NCBI GenBank assembly: GCA_040437565.1
Contig: JBDOQK010000006.1
Coordinates: forward strand, 372,001 to 436,000
Source: Albugo candida
Lineage: Eukaryota
Direction of reading: 5' to 3'
Length of the DNA: 64,000 nucleotides
In this document: piece after piece, positions 1-15,226 of the stretch
How the letters are laid out: the number at the start of each line of letters is the position of its first letter
Position numbering within the stretch: the first letter of the stretch is position 1
Made by a program: the position numbers and the translations under genes
The notes under the pieces: generated by a model
What the model was told of the DNA's origin: nothing
The model's database searches: none
The model's input: only the letters and a program-made list of their open reading frames with translations

Positions 1-1652
1 GTCTTAAAGACAGCTTCCATTTGTGAAGGATGGCGTATCGAGCAAGTGGAAGGGAAGACTGTTGAAGGATATAATTTGCAATCCCTCGCTTCTTTGATGA
101 GAAGCAGCTCTTCGGTAAGTTTTTGGTGCAAAAGGGCATAAGAATGAATTGATGATGCTGAGTTTCTAGATTGAAGTAGACTTTGAGATTTCTCAAAATC
201 AACAGCAGGATGAACGACAGGATAAAATACAAACAAACATGCTGTTGCTGGAACGTTATACAGGCTCACAATCGCAAAGCTATTTATCAGGATTTGGCAA
301 AGCCTCTTTGAGGCAACAATACATTCGATGCGTACCACCTGGTCCCGTCAATGTTTCAACAAAGACGATATCACCAGGTGTAGGAAAAAATAGTGAGGCA
401 CACCCGCCTGAAAGTAGTGCTTGCATCGGCGACCCAGCAATGGGAAGAAAAAGAGCTGATACTTCAGTTGCTCCCCAAGCAAAAGATAGCCATCCACAGA
501 AACAGATGAAAATGACCGTGTGGGCCAAGAGTTCCAACATGATGAAGGCCCAGCCATGCATAGATGCGAACAAAGAGACTCCACCACATCTTGAAGAACC
601 AAACGCATCAAGTTGTAAATCACAGCATCCGACCAATTCAATAAAAGTCGCACCTATTTGTCCCCAAACATCAGAGGAAGCGCCATCACGGAGCTCTTCA
701 TATGCTGTTCGTTCAGTTCCACACTCAAACAATGGTACATTGTAGCACGTTGTATACAAAATCGTTGACTCATTTGAATTTGTCAGCATCCAAGTCTGAT
801 GATCTTCGCTCTGAGCTATCAAGCCAAAAGCCCACTGGAGAATCGAATCGGCAGCGACACAGCCTGACTACTCGACGATTGACTGACATGGGCTTCGATA
901 AAACAGATGCAGTGGCGAGTATTGCCGCTTGTGGCGACGATCCAGAGAAATGTATGGTGTGGATTGCTGCGCAATTGGAAGAAAAGCAATTCATATCGGA
1001 CCTTAACCAAGCATCCATTCAATCAGAGCTCAGCAAACAAAAAGAGGCAGCATCTCTAAAGCATAAAGAGAAGGAACTTTATAAAAAAGCCCGAGTATTC
1101 ACCTCATTATTCCCAAATGTGCGTCAAGCCACCATCCGTTTTATGAGAACTCACGATTCTGGTGTAGTCCTATATTTTGAGCGATAGAGAATCCAATACA
1201 TTGAAGGAGGTCATTGATGAGCAAATTGGCCGAACGGACAGTGAGTGTCTTCTTCGGACGACGTTGACACGACTGCTGAAATTAGAAGCCCAAGCTATCA
1301 AATGGTACAAAGTCGCCGCACGCTGTTACCTTCTTCGGATTGCAGAGAATTTGGAAGGAATCTATATCGGTGTGTTGCACAGATTAAATAGCCAAATGCT
1401 GCTAGTATTTCTAACAATGTGTTTTGCGAAAATGTAGCTGAGAGTCACAGCGTCTTTGAGTGTTGCGGAAAAGCGACTTCACTGTCTGCGTGCACATTTG
1501 TCAAGTCGATACAAACTGAAGTTGAGCTGCTTCAAAACCATTTGTTTAATATGCCAAAGATTCATGGAGGGGTCCCCATGGCTTTTTTAGAAGCGGATGA
1601 ATCCACCAAATTCAATCTAGAGGATGATGGTTTTGAAGTGATCGACAAGTAA
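1..1652 (+). CDS. UBA-like domain protein, multi-exon, 5' end outside the window
   Basis: ORFs 239-745, 702-1187, 1177-1437 and 1419-1652 join through GT-AG introns (~115-170, 734-786, 1119-1167, ~1370-1437). UBA-like segment RLTDMGFDKTDAVASIAACGDDPEKCMVWI. Confidence 0.7.
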
Positions 1653-1969
1653 AGCAATCTCATCAAACGCTGGTCAAATAGAGCGCCCGAGATCCCACTC
1701 ACTTGGTGAGTGTATACTCTGAGCGCATGAATTGGTACAATCCTGCCGGAGCACGACTTTGCTAAGGTTGTTGATGCGGCTCTAATCTTCATCCATCGGG
1801 TCGTGCAATCCCCCGCCGCATGTCAGCATCAAATTATCGTGTAGTTTTGATTGCACGTGATAGCTCAAGAAGCATGTAATTGGCACTACAATAGAATTTT
1901 TGAAGTCATATTGTTTGTCCTTTTGAGCACGTTGGCGTAAATGTACTAATGTAACGCCTTATTATCAAA

Positions 1970-4646
1970 ATGGCTGATAATGACGAAATGCTACGAGATC
2001 CGACTTATGAAGAGCTTCACACAGGACCACGTAGAGAAAAACTTCCGGTGGATATACAGAATATGGAGCAGGAAGAAACAGCTTGCAATTTCTGCGGTGT
2101 GAGCTACTTTGTTTTTGCCGAAGTGCATGAGCTACAAGATAGAATCAAGCTATACTCCAAAGCAGCTCGTGTAGGTGATAATTTCTCTATGAATACTCGA
2201 TGGGTATGACAGTGAGTTGGCGTAGTTCTTGTCGGAAAATGCACGAGTTGCTCATCACGAAAATATGGTTTTAAAAGAACAGGTCGAGTCATTACAAGCC
2301 GAAACTCTTTATCAGATAACCAAGCTGAAATCTCATTTCGTTGCATTCGGCCATGAGTACGACCGTTTGCGCTGTGAATATNNNNNNNNNNNNNNNNNNN
2401 NNNNNNNNNNNNNNNNNNNNNNNNNNNNNNNNNNNNNNNNNNNNNNNNNNNNNNNNNNNNNNNNNNNNNNNNNNNNNNNNNGATAATGACGAAATGCTAC
2501 GAGATCCGACTTATGAAGAGCTTCACACAGGACCACGTAGAGAAAAACTTCCGGTGGATATACAGAATATGGAGCAGGAAGAAACAGCTTGCAATTTCTG
2601 CGGTGTGAGCTACTTTGTTTTTGCCGAAGTGCATGAGCTACAAGATAGAATCAAGCTATACTCCAAAGCAGCTCGTGTAGGTGATAATTTCTCTATGAAT
2701 ACTCGATGGGTATGACAGTGAGTTGGCGTAGTTCTTGTCGGAAAATGCACGAGTTGCTCATCACGAAAATATGGTTTTAAAAGAACAGGTCGAGTCATTA
2801 CAAGCCGAAACTCTTTATCAGATAACCAAGCTGAAATCTCATTTCGTTGCATTCGGCCATGAGTACGACCGTTTGCGCTGTGAATATGAAGCTGAACAAA
2901 AGCGAATATCTGTGTTGTCGCACGCAAATGAACAGAGTTTCACTGAACAATCGCTGATGCAGAAAAAATGGCAACAAAATCTACTTTCAAATGAAAAGAA
3001 GCTCCGTGAAGAATTCGCTTTATCAAATCAACAATTTGACATCTTTCGGCTCAACGCACATGAGCAGCAGAAGCGAGCAAAGCTGGAACTTGAGCGATTG
3101 CTGCTGAGGAACGAAGATTTGACTACACTTGTCTATGAGCTGCAAAAGTATCGCGTGGAGGCGGATCAAACGATGGCGTGTGATCAAGTATACAAAAAAC
3201 AACTCACAGACCAAATTATGATTGAAGCCAAGGCTACGCTTCAGGTAAAGTCCAAGGTGGAGGAATTACTTCAAGAACGTACCACACTCTTAGGTCGTCA
3301 TCAATCATACTACAGAACGGTGATAGAGTTAGAAGTTACGATTGGTATGCAGCAAGAAGAGATGAGAACTCGAGAACTCCTGCAAAATAGTACATTGGAA
3401 AAAGAGCGTCGAGCTTACCAAGAAAAGCTCGAAGCAGCTGAGATTCGACATCGCCAAACGCTTAGTAAAGAAAATCAGCAGAAAAAATTGGTACTACAAC
3501 GACTAAGTGTCACGGAGAACTCAGTGGAGAAGCTTTCTAACAATTTGCATAATCTCCGCTCTACACACGCATCTGATCTGCAAGTCGTCAAAGATGATCA
3601 TTCGAATGCGATTACCGCTCTGGAGACTTCACACAAACAAATTGTTGGCAGTTTATTGCAAGAACAAGATGAACTCAGACACGAGCTTGATAAAAGATCG
3701 CAGACGCAAACCGCTCTTTCAAGAAAGGTAAGGAAAACGTTTTGAAGCATGTATCTGATTTGCGGTGGATGCTTCAGCTTGTAGACCACGAGACTCAAGC
3801 TACTGAGTGGATTGCACAAATGACGGAAATGTCGAACGAGATTCATGTAGGCAAGGCGTCACCCTGATCAACGATCTGAACACATTAATGCAATTATAGA
3901 GTATCGATAATGCGCGCGCCATGCTTGAAAAGGAGGCTGAAACACGAGAAAAGCATTCTGAGCAAAAAGAGGTACACCCGGCTATCCACGTTAATGTTCT
4001 ATTTATGACGGGTACTGGCAGCAAGCGTTAATGGGGGAACTGAAGCGAGTACAAGCCGAAAATGAAGGGATGCTCCTATTGCAGCAACAACTTCAATCAA
4101 AAGTTGCCACATTGCAACAAAGAGACAAAGACTTAAAGAATCAGTTAAGAGTATCCGTTGAGAAGATGAACGAGCAGAAAGAAAAGATGATACAGCTTGA
4201 GACATTATCTTTGCATCAAGCTCCTCCATCTGTCGCCTCTTCAAATCAAAGCGAACATTGCGAACCTGAACAGGTTGCAAAATTAAACCGAGAACTACAA
4301 GACAAGGAGACAGTACGTATTCTTCAGTGACCTCACCACTTTGATGCCTGATGCTGCTATAAAGGAAATCGTCGTACTGCAAAGAACAGTTTATCGGGAA
4401 TGTCTTGAACGAACCTCACTACTTGAGCGCATGCGTGCAGCTAGAATTCTTCCAGAGATACCCGGATCAATTTCAGATTTAATCGATGTCTCTTCTTCCA
4501 GCAACGTAACATTTTTAAAAAGCAATGAACAAGATATCACGATCGAACACGCTGAAAATGAAACGAGTTCAAACGCTCCAAAGGCTTCATTTTATGAAAA
4601 ACTTCGCCAGTCCAGCCTACGTAAATCTAAACCAAGACGATTCTAG
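1970..4646 (+). CDS. LEKR1-like coiled-coil protein, multi-exon; first exons duplicated across the gap
   Basis: N-terminal LPVDIQNMEQEETACNFCGVSYFVFAE resembles the LEKR1 N-terminal CxxCGVSY motif, followed by a long E/K/L/Q-rich coiled coil. C-terminal EIVVLQRTVYRECLERTSL. Confidence 0.65.
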
Positions 4647-5556
4647 CCGAATCAAGTATCTGATTGATATAATAGCTACTCTGTTGTATGATCTTCTACC
4701 GGTGCATCGCGTTGTTGCTTTGCTAATGCCAACTGAAGTGCATTTTGAATTAAGCGGCAGTCATTGGTATAGGGCACAGAGTAATCAACGAATGAACCTA
4801 TCATTTTACGCAAACAGTTGCTTTAATATTATGAAGCTCTTCAAATAAATTAGAGCAAACCGAGGACGCCAAGTATGGCAAAAGGCTTGTAGGACTTGAA
4901 TCGAATACTGATTGGAATACCAATAAGTACGCCGGTCACGCAGCCCTTGAAAATACGTCAAGGGCTGTAATTATACTAAATCAGACTTCATACCAAGATT
5001 TGACGATTGATCATGCAGGACGTTAGCATTTTTCTCAGTTCTTGAACATCTTCAGTGTCCTCAACGGATTGCTCATTCGGTCGTGAAAAAAACATCGGAA
5101 CTGTGTGTGGGTTTGACGTAATATACTGGAGCCGCGTACTTAACCACAAAATCGGTTGTTTGAATGCACCGAGACGAGTATTATGTTCAGACTCGATCCG
5201 CTCACAGGTTGGTTGTGAGTTCTCGTAGAGTTCCTGTATGCTTCTGATAGTCGCCTTCATACATGTAAGGCTATCTGTATTCACAGAGGTTGTAAGAATA
5301 CAATCGCTTAGCTGCATGTAAATGTAGAAAATGATCGATTTTCCCGATTGTATACGCATATTCTCTCATATTTGCGCTTTGTACGCTTTCAGTGTTATTA
5401 AAATTTGAGTCATAAGTGTATTAAAATTATTCAATGCGTAGCTCTGCGCCTTCGATGCGAAGAGTTAGTACAAGGATAGTACAACACGCCAAATGAGAAA
5501 TATCGCACTTATCTGATGTTATTCTTAACGTATTTGCCGCCTGAACTTCTGCTGCA

Positions 5557-7979
5557 ATGGAAGCGAGCCCTGATTGTTCTCATACAAACGATTCCGGCAA
5601 TCATCAGAGTGAGTCTTCTTCTTCATATTATTATTCACCATTGCCTCCTTGTCCTGATGAACCTCCTGCTCCGCCGCCACCATCCTGTACTCCTCCGAAA
5701 TACCATTCCTNNNNNNNNNNNNNNNNNNNNNNNNNNNNNNNNNNNNNNNNNNNNNNNNNNNNNNNNNNNNNNNNNNNNNNNNNNNNNNNNNNNNNNNNNN
5801 NNNNNNNNNNGAGTCTTCTTCTTCATATTATTATTCACCATTGCCTCCTTGTCCTGATGAACCTCCTGCTCCGCCGCCACCATCCTGTACTCCTCCGAAA
5901 TACCATTCCTGTACAGAGGAAGATGAAGACCAGGATCAGCTAAACCGACATTCGAGCGGCTTTGACGATTGTAAAGGAGACGAAAAGTCTCAAGATGAAC
6001 ATGAATCTGATGAGCGTGTAGAATTGTATTCAAACTCACCACCACAGCCTCCACCGCCCATGCAAACTGTTTGCTCACCGGATAGCCCTATCCGACCTCC
6101 ACCTCCTCCATTCACTCCTATTGTGAGTAGCGGTATTGACGATAATCAAGCAGATAGAACTCCCGTACATCATGATGGCTTGAATCGTACAAGAAATGAT
6201 GGGGTGCACACATCAGATAGCAAACAAAAGTCAGATTTGACCAAGTGTCCGATGAATACCGTTGCATTAATGAGACGAGAGGCAAGTTTACGAGAAGTTT
6301 TAAGTTTCAGTAAACCTCAGATAGATGAGACAACAGAGAAAACACGCTGGTACATGGGCGACATTGATGATTACACGATAATTGACAAAGTTGGCTGTGG
6401 CACGTACGGGTACGTCGAGGTGACCGCATCGTTTTATGACCGCTTACAACCATTTACTTATGCTCAGGGAAGTGTTCAAATGTCAACATAAAGTGACAAA
6501 ACAAATTGCTGCTTTGAAGAAGCTTCGACCAAATGTGGAGAAAAATGGCGTAAGATTCTGCTTGCTTGTCCACAGCTAATTCTATGACTCAGATTTATAT
6601 CTAGTTTCCTATCACCTCAATCCGAGAAATGAAGATACTTAAATTTCTCAAGCATCCGAACATCGTCAAAATGAATGAGATTGTCTCGACAAAGGGTTCG
6701 TGGCAGTCACCTCGGCGCTCACACAACGACCTTAGCTTCAATTATATAACGTAGCACTTCCAAAAGAAGGAAAACGACCGCCACTATATTTCGCATTCGA
6801 GTACATGGAACACGATCTATCGGGGCTTTTAAATCATCCCCGTGTGAAACTCAGCCGAACACAAACGCAATGTTATATGCGACAACTACTTTGTGGGATT
6901 GCTTTCATGCATCATAATAAGATTGTTCATCGCGATATCAAAGCTTCGAATCTACTGCTCAATAATCAAGGAATGTTGAAGATTGGTGATTTTGGGCTCT
7001 CAAGATTCTGGAACGAAGTGAATGCAAACGCTGGACGGTACACGAATAAAGTTGTCACGCTATGGTATCGCCCGCCAGAACTTCTGCTAGGAACAACTTC
7101 GTACGATTATTCGGTCGATATGTGGTCCATTGGATGCATTTTCGCTGAGCTTTTGACGGGACGAGCAATTTTGCAAGGGAAGACGGAAATCGATCAGGTA
7201 TATCGCTTCCTCATCAACTCGAGTCTACCATCTTGAGTCTTATCTTTTAGTTGAAAGCTATTTTCGAATTGTGTGGCGCCCCAACAGATCTGACATGGCC
7301 GACATATCATGAGCTCCCAGGATCCAAAACCTTTCAATTTGATGTGAAATACGAGTCTTCACTGAGGGAAAGATTCAGCAAGTGAGTGACTGTCCGATTG
7401 TAAACTCGGTGTTTATTGATCTTCTCGGGTAGCTTTCCCCAGCATGCCGTGGATTTACTAGAGAAGATGCTCACGCTTGATCCATCCAAGCGCATCACCG
7501 CAATGGAAGCACTCGATCACGATTATTTTTGGCGGGTATTGACATGCAAACCAAGAGAGTACGTTCAGATTTCATTTAGCATTGATTTGACGGATTATTT
7601 CATGAACAGCTTGCCTAAATTCTGCGTGTCATCGACGCATGAATATCAATCGAAAAAGCGTCACCATGCCGAGATAGCGGCAGCTGCGGCTGTATCGAAG
7701 TTAAACGGAAAACCTGAGAATTCGCATCATTATACGAAAGAACGACTCGAAGGTGCACGAAGCCGTCAATTGGCACACGGAGATCAAAGTCGGCTGTCGG
7801 GAAAGCACGATAATGAGAAAAAGTATCTGAGAAACAGGGACCACAGCCAAAATGCATATCGAGATTGGGATGGAAATCACCGAAACCGTGATACATCTCG
7901 GGATCATGTGCGGACGGAGACCGAAGATGCACATTTCCCACTTGCAAAGCGCCATCAACCGCATATCCAGCGGCGCTGA
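5557..7979 (+). CDS. Transcriptional cyclin-dependent kinase (CDK9/CDK12/CDKC class) with a Pro-rich N-terminus
   Basis: GCGTYG loop, PITSIRE cyclin-binding motif (~6608-6628), HRDIKASN, DFGLSR, YTNKVVTLWYRPPELLLG. Several short introns and an R/D/H-rich tail. Confidence 0.9.
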
Positions 7980-8165
7980 TGACAGACACAAATAGTATCC
8001 TTAAATAGTGTTGGAAACATTGTTTGATTGTGACCCACCACTTCCAATCCTTTAAGAACTCTGTTTTCTACAGCTTTTTGTTTGAAACTTTCGAGTGCTA
8101 ATTTACTGACTGCAGCAAAAGATATTAGCCGTGTGACCGCTACAAAAGCTTGACTTGATTCCCAC

Positions 8166-11100
8166 ATGGTAGCGAATGATGGAAATGCCGCTGTGAGCTT
8201 GTTTGGTCTAGAATCACGCGCAGATGATGATCGCTTATTGACACAGCCAAATGAGTTGTCACAGAGTCGAAAACGCTATGAAAAGGCTTTGGAAAAGGGA
8301 TTACAGAATGCTAAAGCGCAAGTGGATCAATTCTATCAGGAAGATAACAAATTCCCAGATTTATATGATCGATTACTGAATCAAACTGAACCGCAAAATT
8401 ATTTTTTTGAGCCGTATGTCACACAATGGCGACCACAAATTGTCAAAAGAGGTAGTCTAGTTACTTATCCATCGGTGGTAGCATCCTCGATTGAGGAAAC
8501 CAAGACGTTGACGCTATCAGGACTCTTAGAAGAGATCAGTCATGCGTGGACGTCCGTGGACAACCGATTATTTGTCTGGAATTACAGGAATCTGAAGCAA
8601 TTTGCCGCGTTGGAGTTTGACCAGGCTATAGTGGCTGTGAGCTTGTGCGAGTCGCCTGCATCTGGTATCTTTACTGAAAAAGTTCAGCATCTTCTGGTAG
8701 TCGCTACAACTGTAAATATATCGTTGGTGGCAGTATTATTCGACCCGTTTGTATCACCAGGATCTTCTGCTGGAAGTACAAGCCTCGCTCTAAAGTTACA
8801 GAGAACTAAACTTGGTGTGAGTACCGATAATTGCGTTGTACGCAGTATCGTGTGCACGCAGCATGGTAGGATATTTTTTGGTGGATCGGATGGCACACTA
8901 TACGAGCTCTGTTACGGTCCTGAAGGCACAAGCACTCCAGTAAAGGGTCTGTTGCCCTCCTTCTTTACAAGCTCTGACGCAACTCCTCGCTGTTCAAAAG
9001 TCGCTCACACGACAAATTACAGCAACTATTTACCGTCCTTTCTTGTAGGCTTTGCTGGATCACTTGACAAGATCCACCAAATAGCACTTGATAGCGAGCG
9101 AAATGTTTTATACGTACTTCACGATCAAGCTCATGTGGAAGTATTCGACCTCGGCCACAATGCGAAGGATTTGAAGCTGGTTTGTAGTTTGAATCTTTTA
9201 TCAGCAGGTACAAAATATGCTCGCGAGTACCGAAGAACGCGGGTGTCTTGCCCCGACGAGAAATTATTTCAGAAAGCCTCGACGGGAGATGCTACAACTA
9301 CTGATCCAGTCAAATTCATCTACATTTGCCCCGTTCCACGGAATGAATCGTTGTTTATCACACTGCTGGCCGTCACATCCAATGGATTACGGTGTTACCT
9401 GACAGTATACTCGAAATCTACCTACATTGCCAGTGCACTTGGATCCAGAGCCGACAATGAAAAAGCCAGTATTGTTCAAAACAAGCGACCGACAAGATTG
9501 GAGATGGTCTATATCCGCCTGCCCCCACCGGCAGTGGATGTTAACGACTCACCACCATACCACACCAAAGAAGGCATGCAACCCGGATTTGTGCCTGGTA
9601 AATCACCGTCACAGATTCATTCGGCGTATTATCGTGATGGCGTATTCTTAATCGCAAATGGTGGAAAAGACAAACAGGATCAATTTATCGGAATAGCGTA
9701 TGATGCAATCGCAACGACACTAAAATCAATCCATAAACCAGCTATACGCGAGTCCATATCACTGGATAATACGCTGGGAAAAGTTATCGAAATCAAAGGA
9801 TTCGGTGTAAACCAGCGGAAAATCTCATCCGTGTCAAGTGCAACTGGCTCCAACGATGGGATAAGCTCGGGATCAAAGAGGTCATTTGATACTATGGCAA
9901 AGGCTGGGAAAAGTACGAGTGGGAATGAAGTCATAATTGGAGAAATGACATCTCAATTTTCAGAACCACCTCGACATTTCATCACATTAACAAACGCTGG
10001 AATCCAACTATACCGAAAAATTCGACCCTTAGACCAGCTTCATCGAGTACTACTGATCTCAAAAGGAAGTGAATTGAAGCAAGTTCTTGCTCCATTTGTT
10101 CGATGTTTTGGGGAAACTGAGGTCTGCTCGATGCTTTTAGCAATTGCATGTGGCGTTCAAAGTGATTCGATCGAGGCCTACTCATCAGTCTCATCCGACA
10201 TGACACCATCACTAGCCAACGGGGTGATCGATGAGTACTTACATTCCGCTGCAATACAAGGAATATTTGATTGTGGTTTAGGATTGGCCAAGGTACGCAA
10301 GGCGAGTACTGCAAGGAAAAGCTCGGCAAACGAGAACGAACAACCATCATTCATCGCGTCTTCGGCTCGAGTGGTCCTCAAATCCGAATCTGAGATGTCA
10401 TATTATCACGATGCTCTCATTTTGTTTCTCAGTAGAGTCATGCGTCCATTGTGGCAAAACAAGGATGGGAAGTTGTCGACTGATAACTCAAACAACACAT
10501 GGGAAATGGTCTATGATATCAACAAACTCTGTGAGATTAGAGAAGTCTTATTCCAGTTGAGACAGTTGATGGAGAACACAGGACCATTCTCTGTAGCAGT
10601 TAGTTCAGGAGCAGCAAGTTTGGAGGCATCGGCTGTTCAGAAATCATTAGGGAAAAATGCACATGGTAGTGAAGCAGGCGAAACTAATATATCTCGTGTG
10701 AGCCAGCTGAGTGAGCGATTTGCAGAAACGCGTTCAGACGACCAATTGAAGCAGGAAAAACGATATAGAATGGAACAGCAGTCGCTGTATTTCCAATATC
10801 GCTTTGTATGTCGAAGCATTGAAGTGATATCCCTTTTGGATGTGTTGGACAAATACAAGTCGACTTCGAGTGAAAACCTTTTGACGTTCAACTTTGGTGA
10901 TCTTATAGCAAGCACAGAAGGGGTCGAAGTTGCTAGGGCTGCTATCAGGACATTGATGCAGTCGAATGAAAATGAGCAAAATGCACAGTTAATACAACAT
11001 CTTAGAGCGCAATGTCCATCGTTCTTTTCTGTACCAGATCTGTGGCAATATCAAGGATATAAGAGTTTATCGTCAGCGAAACTCAGCACAGCACCAAGCG

Positions 11101-13218
11101 CCCAGCGCAAATATCTACAAGAAGCTTTATCTCAATTTCTCAAGTCGTGTCATATGTGGAATAGTGAAGACGGTATTGAGGTGCTACGAAATACCTGTGA
11201 GGATCTGATCGCATTACACTTTTACGAGGGTGTTGTCAGGCTCTCGCTTGCATGTGCCAGGAATTTTAGCTCTGAAACAAAATTTGACAAGACTCCAATC
11301 CACTCGCCTTTCGTGGTTGCAACGGGAGTATCCACTCGAGAAAAGACAAGACTACTGAAGCAAAATTGTTTTGGACCTATTCTTCTAGCCTTACAAAAGC
11401 TGCTACCATCCACAACAAGTTCAGCATCCGATATGGCAACGTCACACAGAAATTGGTATAGCAAGAAAAAGCCCAAGAATCAAACAACAATGAATGAATT
11501 AGTTTGCTTGGACGAAGAATCACGTCGAAGATATGTCGATGAGATACTCCACTTGGCTCTAGCGTCAGAGGACGAAGATCTGCATATACTTCTGTATTCG
11601 TGGCTCATGGAACATGGCCACACACGTACTTTATTGTCGATTCGAACTCCGTATATCGAACCCTTTTTGCAATCCCAAAACCGAGATTTGCTTATTCAGT
11701 TGTACATGGAACAGCAGAAATACTTACTCGCTGCAAATGTTTGGTGGGAACTTGCACGCGAAGACCATACAGAAAACACTTTCGATGTCGATAGCGATAT
11801 GAATGGCGTGTTTACAGAACAAGCCCAAGGATTGCGAGATCACGAACTCAAGATTGTTGATCGTGCACTGCTGGAACGTAATCCCGACATCTCAAAGAGG
11901 CAGTATTACATTTCTAAGACTTTAGCATGTTTGAAAAATATGGAGCAAAGCGGGCTGAATGAAAATGCAAATTCGGTGGATGCCACTCGCGAAGTATTGG
12001 ACATTATGGATGTATTAAATCTACAAGCTCGAATATTCACATCGTTGAACCAGTCGTTGACAGAACTTGAAGCAGATGTCGACTTCTCTGTACAAGAAAA
12101 CTCTGCTTTCACAGAGGAAATATCTCGGCGGCGTGATGATGTGACCTTGCTCAAGTACAAAATGCTCAGCCCTACAACTTTGTATAACCAATTCGCTGTC
12201 AAGTACTCAATGTGGGCTGAATGCTTGCACATTATTCGTGTGTGTCGTTCGGAGGAATCCGACACTGTGGAAGCACTGTGGCGGAAGATAATTTTCGACG
12301 TGATTCCAAGGTCTTCCAACGATAGTCAGTTCAACAATTGGCTGGCAAAGATGCGTCAGGAAGCAAGGCTGACAGAAATATCGGCTGATGTTTCGACCTC
12401 ATTCGAAAGCGGTGTGTGGATCGGTCAAGTCCAATGTATTGTGCAACGGCTAGGAAGGATACTACTCAATGACGATCGAAGAGCTGCCGGAGATGTTGGG
12501 TACACATACACAAGCAACGGAATGGATCGTTTTCTCGTGTTCCCAGTAACATTTCTCCTGCGAGAATTGGAGACTTTATCGTCATGGTATATCAGAGCGA
12601 CCCAATTATCTGTTTCTGCTGCGACCACACTGGNNNNNNNNNNNNNNNNNNNNNNNNNNNNNNNNNNNNNNNNNNNNNNNNNNNNNNNNNNNNNNNNNNN
12701 NNNNNNNNNNNNNNNNNNNNNNNNNNNNNNNNNTGGAGACTTTATCGTCATGGTATATCAGAGCGACCCAATTATCTGTTTCTGCTGCGACCACACTGGA
12801 TATTGGAGCATTCAATTGGGTGGTGAGGCTTTTTGTGGATGTTGGTCTTCCGTATCAAATTATTCTAGGTAACTACGAAGAACTATATAGAGAGCAAGGA
12901 AATTTCTCCTGGGGAATACATCTGATGCGATCAATTAAAGCCGCTATCAATATGTGGAGAAAACATTCCATCGTTTCAGGTGATAGAAACGAAGAATTGT
13001 CCAATTTTGCGACCTGTATCCCTCATCTCGTGGAGTTTTGCGACGATATTCTGACTGATTTGCAAGCTGTGCCACCAGGTACTTGCATCAAATTTTGTAA
13101 TGTTTTGATGATGCTCACTTTCGATTGTTTAGATGCTGGCTGTGATGATGTTTTTGTACTTTTGGATGATTATCGCGACTTAAAACGCCAGTTGATCAAC
13201 TTTCGTAACATCTCGTAA
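8166..13218 (+). CDS. NUP155: Nucleoporin Nup155/Nup170
   Basis: >1550-aa ORF with EISHAWTSVDNRLFVWNY, GRIFFGGSDGTLYEL and LLAVTSNGLRCY, then a helical C-terminal solenoid (LHILLYSWL, LYNQFA). Continues after the gap in 12820-13218 with a short terminal intron. Confidence 0.92.
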
Positions 13219-13293
13219 GAAGCTTTAAAATCATGCAGTATATCTGTTGGAGTTGCTCAAAATCGGACACAAGCAGGTGGGGTGTAGTTGATA

Positions 13294-14582
13294 CTAAAAC
13301 TTCTGCAACGCGAGTCGAAGATGAATAAGACCAACGGTTTTGTCTGTTCTTTCGTGAGCTCTCAAAAGCTTCCTTATCGTAACATTTTTCGACATTTTTT
13401 GTATCATCTTTCTTAGCGGCTCATGTGCGGATTCATCTGTCCCATTGCGAGGATAGAGCGGGACACTGTGGTTGTTCGAACATGCTGGCTGCATCTCATA
13501 TCGCGTTCTCTCATCGTTCGTTAGCGAAACTTGGTGCCACGAATCGATTGCTGTAGACTGCTTGTTACTTTCTTCATTACTGCCATCGTTGTCTGCCTCG
13601 ATTAGCAACTGTAAAAGGTCCGAATCAACGATGAAGCCTCCCAAACTCCGGCTTGAATGGAATCGCTTACGATCATGTAGTTCCACCTTTAATGGTGATA
13701 ATCCATCCCAGGACAGCAACAACTTTTGATTCCACCGTGGCTTGAAATCGTTCTTGATGGTATTGCTCGTGACCATCTGCTCCCCAAGGCGTAGTGTTAC
13801 AAACAAATCGGATCTGTCATTTTTATTGTACTTTGACACATCGACACCTTCGATCAGCTCGACTATGAGCACTCCGATGTACTCGACCATGCCATATGTT
13901 GAAGATGATTTTCTCGGTGCGTTAGAGCTCCTTTTAAGCCCCTCAAGAGTTTTATCGGAAGTCAACGCAAATGTATGCCCAGGAATGCAATTCATCTGCT
14001 GGGTTAGCGAATCAATCTCCTGCTGCTTTTGTGCAACCGCGCTAGCTCCTTGGCAGAAAAGTTGCTTCTCGTATTTTGCTCTAATAAATGCCTCGCGCTC
14101 CTCCCAAGAGGAGTCAAATTGTGGTTTCAATTGCGGTGAAGGCAACCCATTCTCAAGCTTCTCGTTTGACTTTTTATTTCCCATCAGGTCCAAGCATTGT
14201 AGCTGCGCTAGCTGACAGACAAAATAAATGAGAATTATCCATATCTGCGCTTGAAAATGCTAACCGTCCAATTATCAAGCGTACAGCTTATCACGAAAGA
14301 GATATGGACGCCTAAGGAGCGATGAACACCCGCGCACTTTGTGCATATTGTGCAACCATGAGAAATTGATGCCCACCTATGACCCGAAATCGGTAAATTT
14401 TACTCCAAGCGAACGAGGAAAACTCACTTGGGTGATTGCGCATTACAATCAGCGCAAGTTGTGTTTTCAAGGCGAGAGAGTATCTCCTTTAGTTTTTGCT
14501 GTGTTTCCATCCTTGTCGATCCGTCGTTGTCACCACCCGCGCAAAGCTCACCAGAAAGAGCCCAATTTGCTTCGAAAGCCAT
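13294..14582 (-). CDS. ArfGAP plus C2-domain protein (ZAC/AGD11-13-like architecture)
   Basis: CADC...[28 protein letters not shown] zinc finger with the Arg finger, and [11 protein letters not shown]2 domain begins [16 protein letters not shown]. The 5' exons are repeated at 14690-15037 as an artefact. Confidence 0.88.
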
Positions 14583-15226
14583 CCGTGTANNNNNNNNNNN
14601 NNNNNNNNNNNNNNNNNNNNNNNNNNNNNNNNNNNNNNNNNNNNNNNNNNNNNNNNNNNNNNNNNNNNNNNNNNNNNNNNNNNNNNNNNATCTGCGCTTG
14701 AAAATGCTAACCGTCCAATTATCAAGCGTACAGCTTATCACGAAAGAGATATGGACGCCTAAGGAGCGATGAACACCCGCGCACTTTGTGCATATTGTGC
14801 AACCATGAGAAATTGATGCCCACCTATGACCCGAAATCGGTAAATTTTACTCCAAGCGAACGAGGAAAACTCACTTGGGTGATTGCGCATTACAATCAGC
14901 GCAAGTTGTGTTTTCAAGGCGAGAGAGTATCTCCTTTAGTTTTTGCTGTGTTTCCATCCTTGTCGATCCGTCGTTGTCACCACCCGCGCAAAGCTCACCA
15001 GAAAGAGCCCAATTTGCTTCGAAAGCCATCCGTGTAGATGTATTACAGGCTCAATTCAATCGAAACACCGAAATTCTGTGATTAGTTCGCCATCGATTGT
15101 TTATTTTCATCGAGGTATAATTATCCCATCCGCATACCATGCAAAGGCGGGCACAGTGAGATGCAATAAGAATTAGCTTAGTAGTGACCAACAAGCTGTC
15201 CGACCATTCAAACACCAGTGACCTCA

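Noticed and set aside
4988-5359. 123-aa minus-strand ORF
   Set aside because: No recognisable homology or supporting signal; left unannotated.
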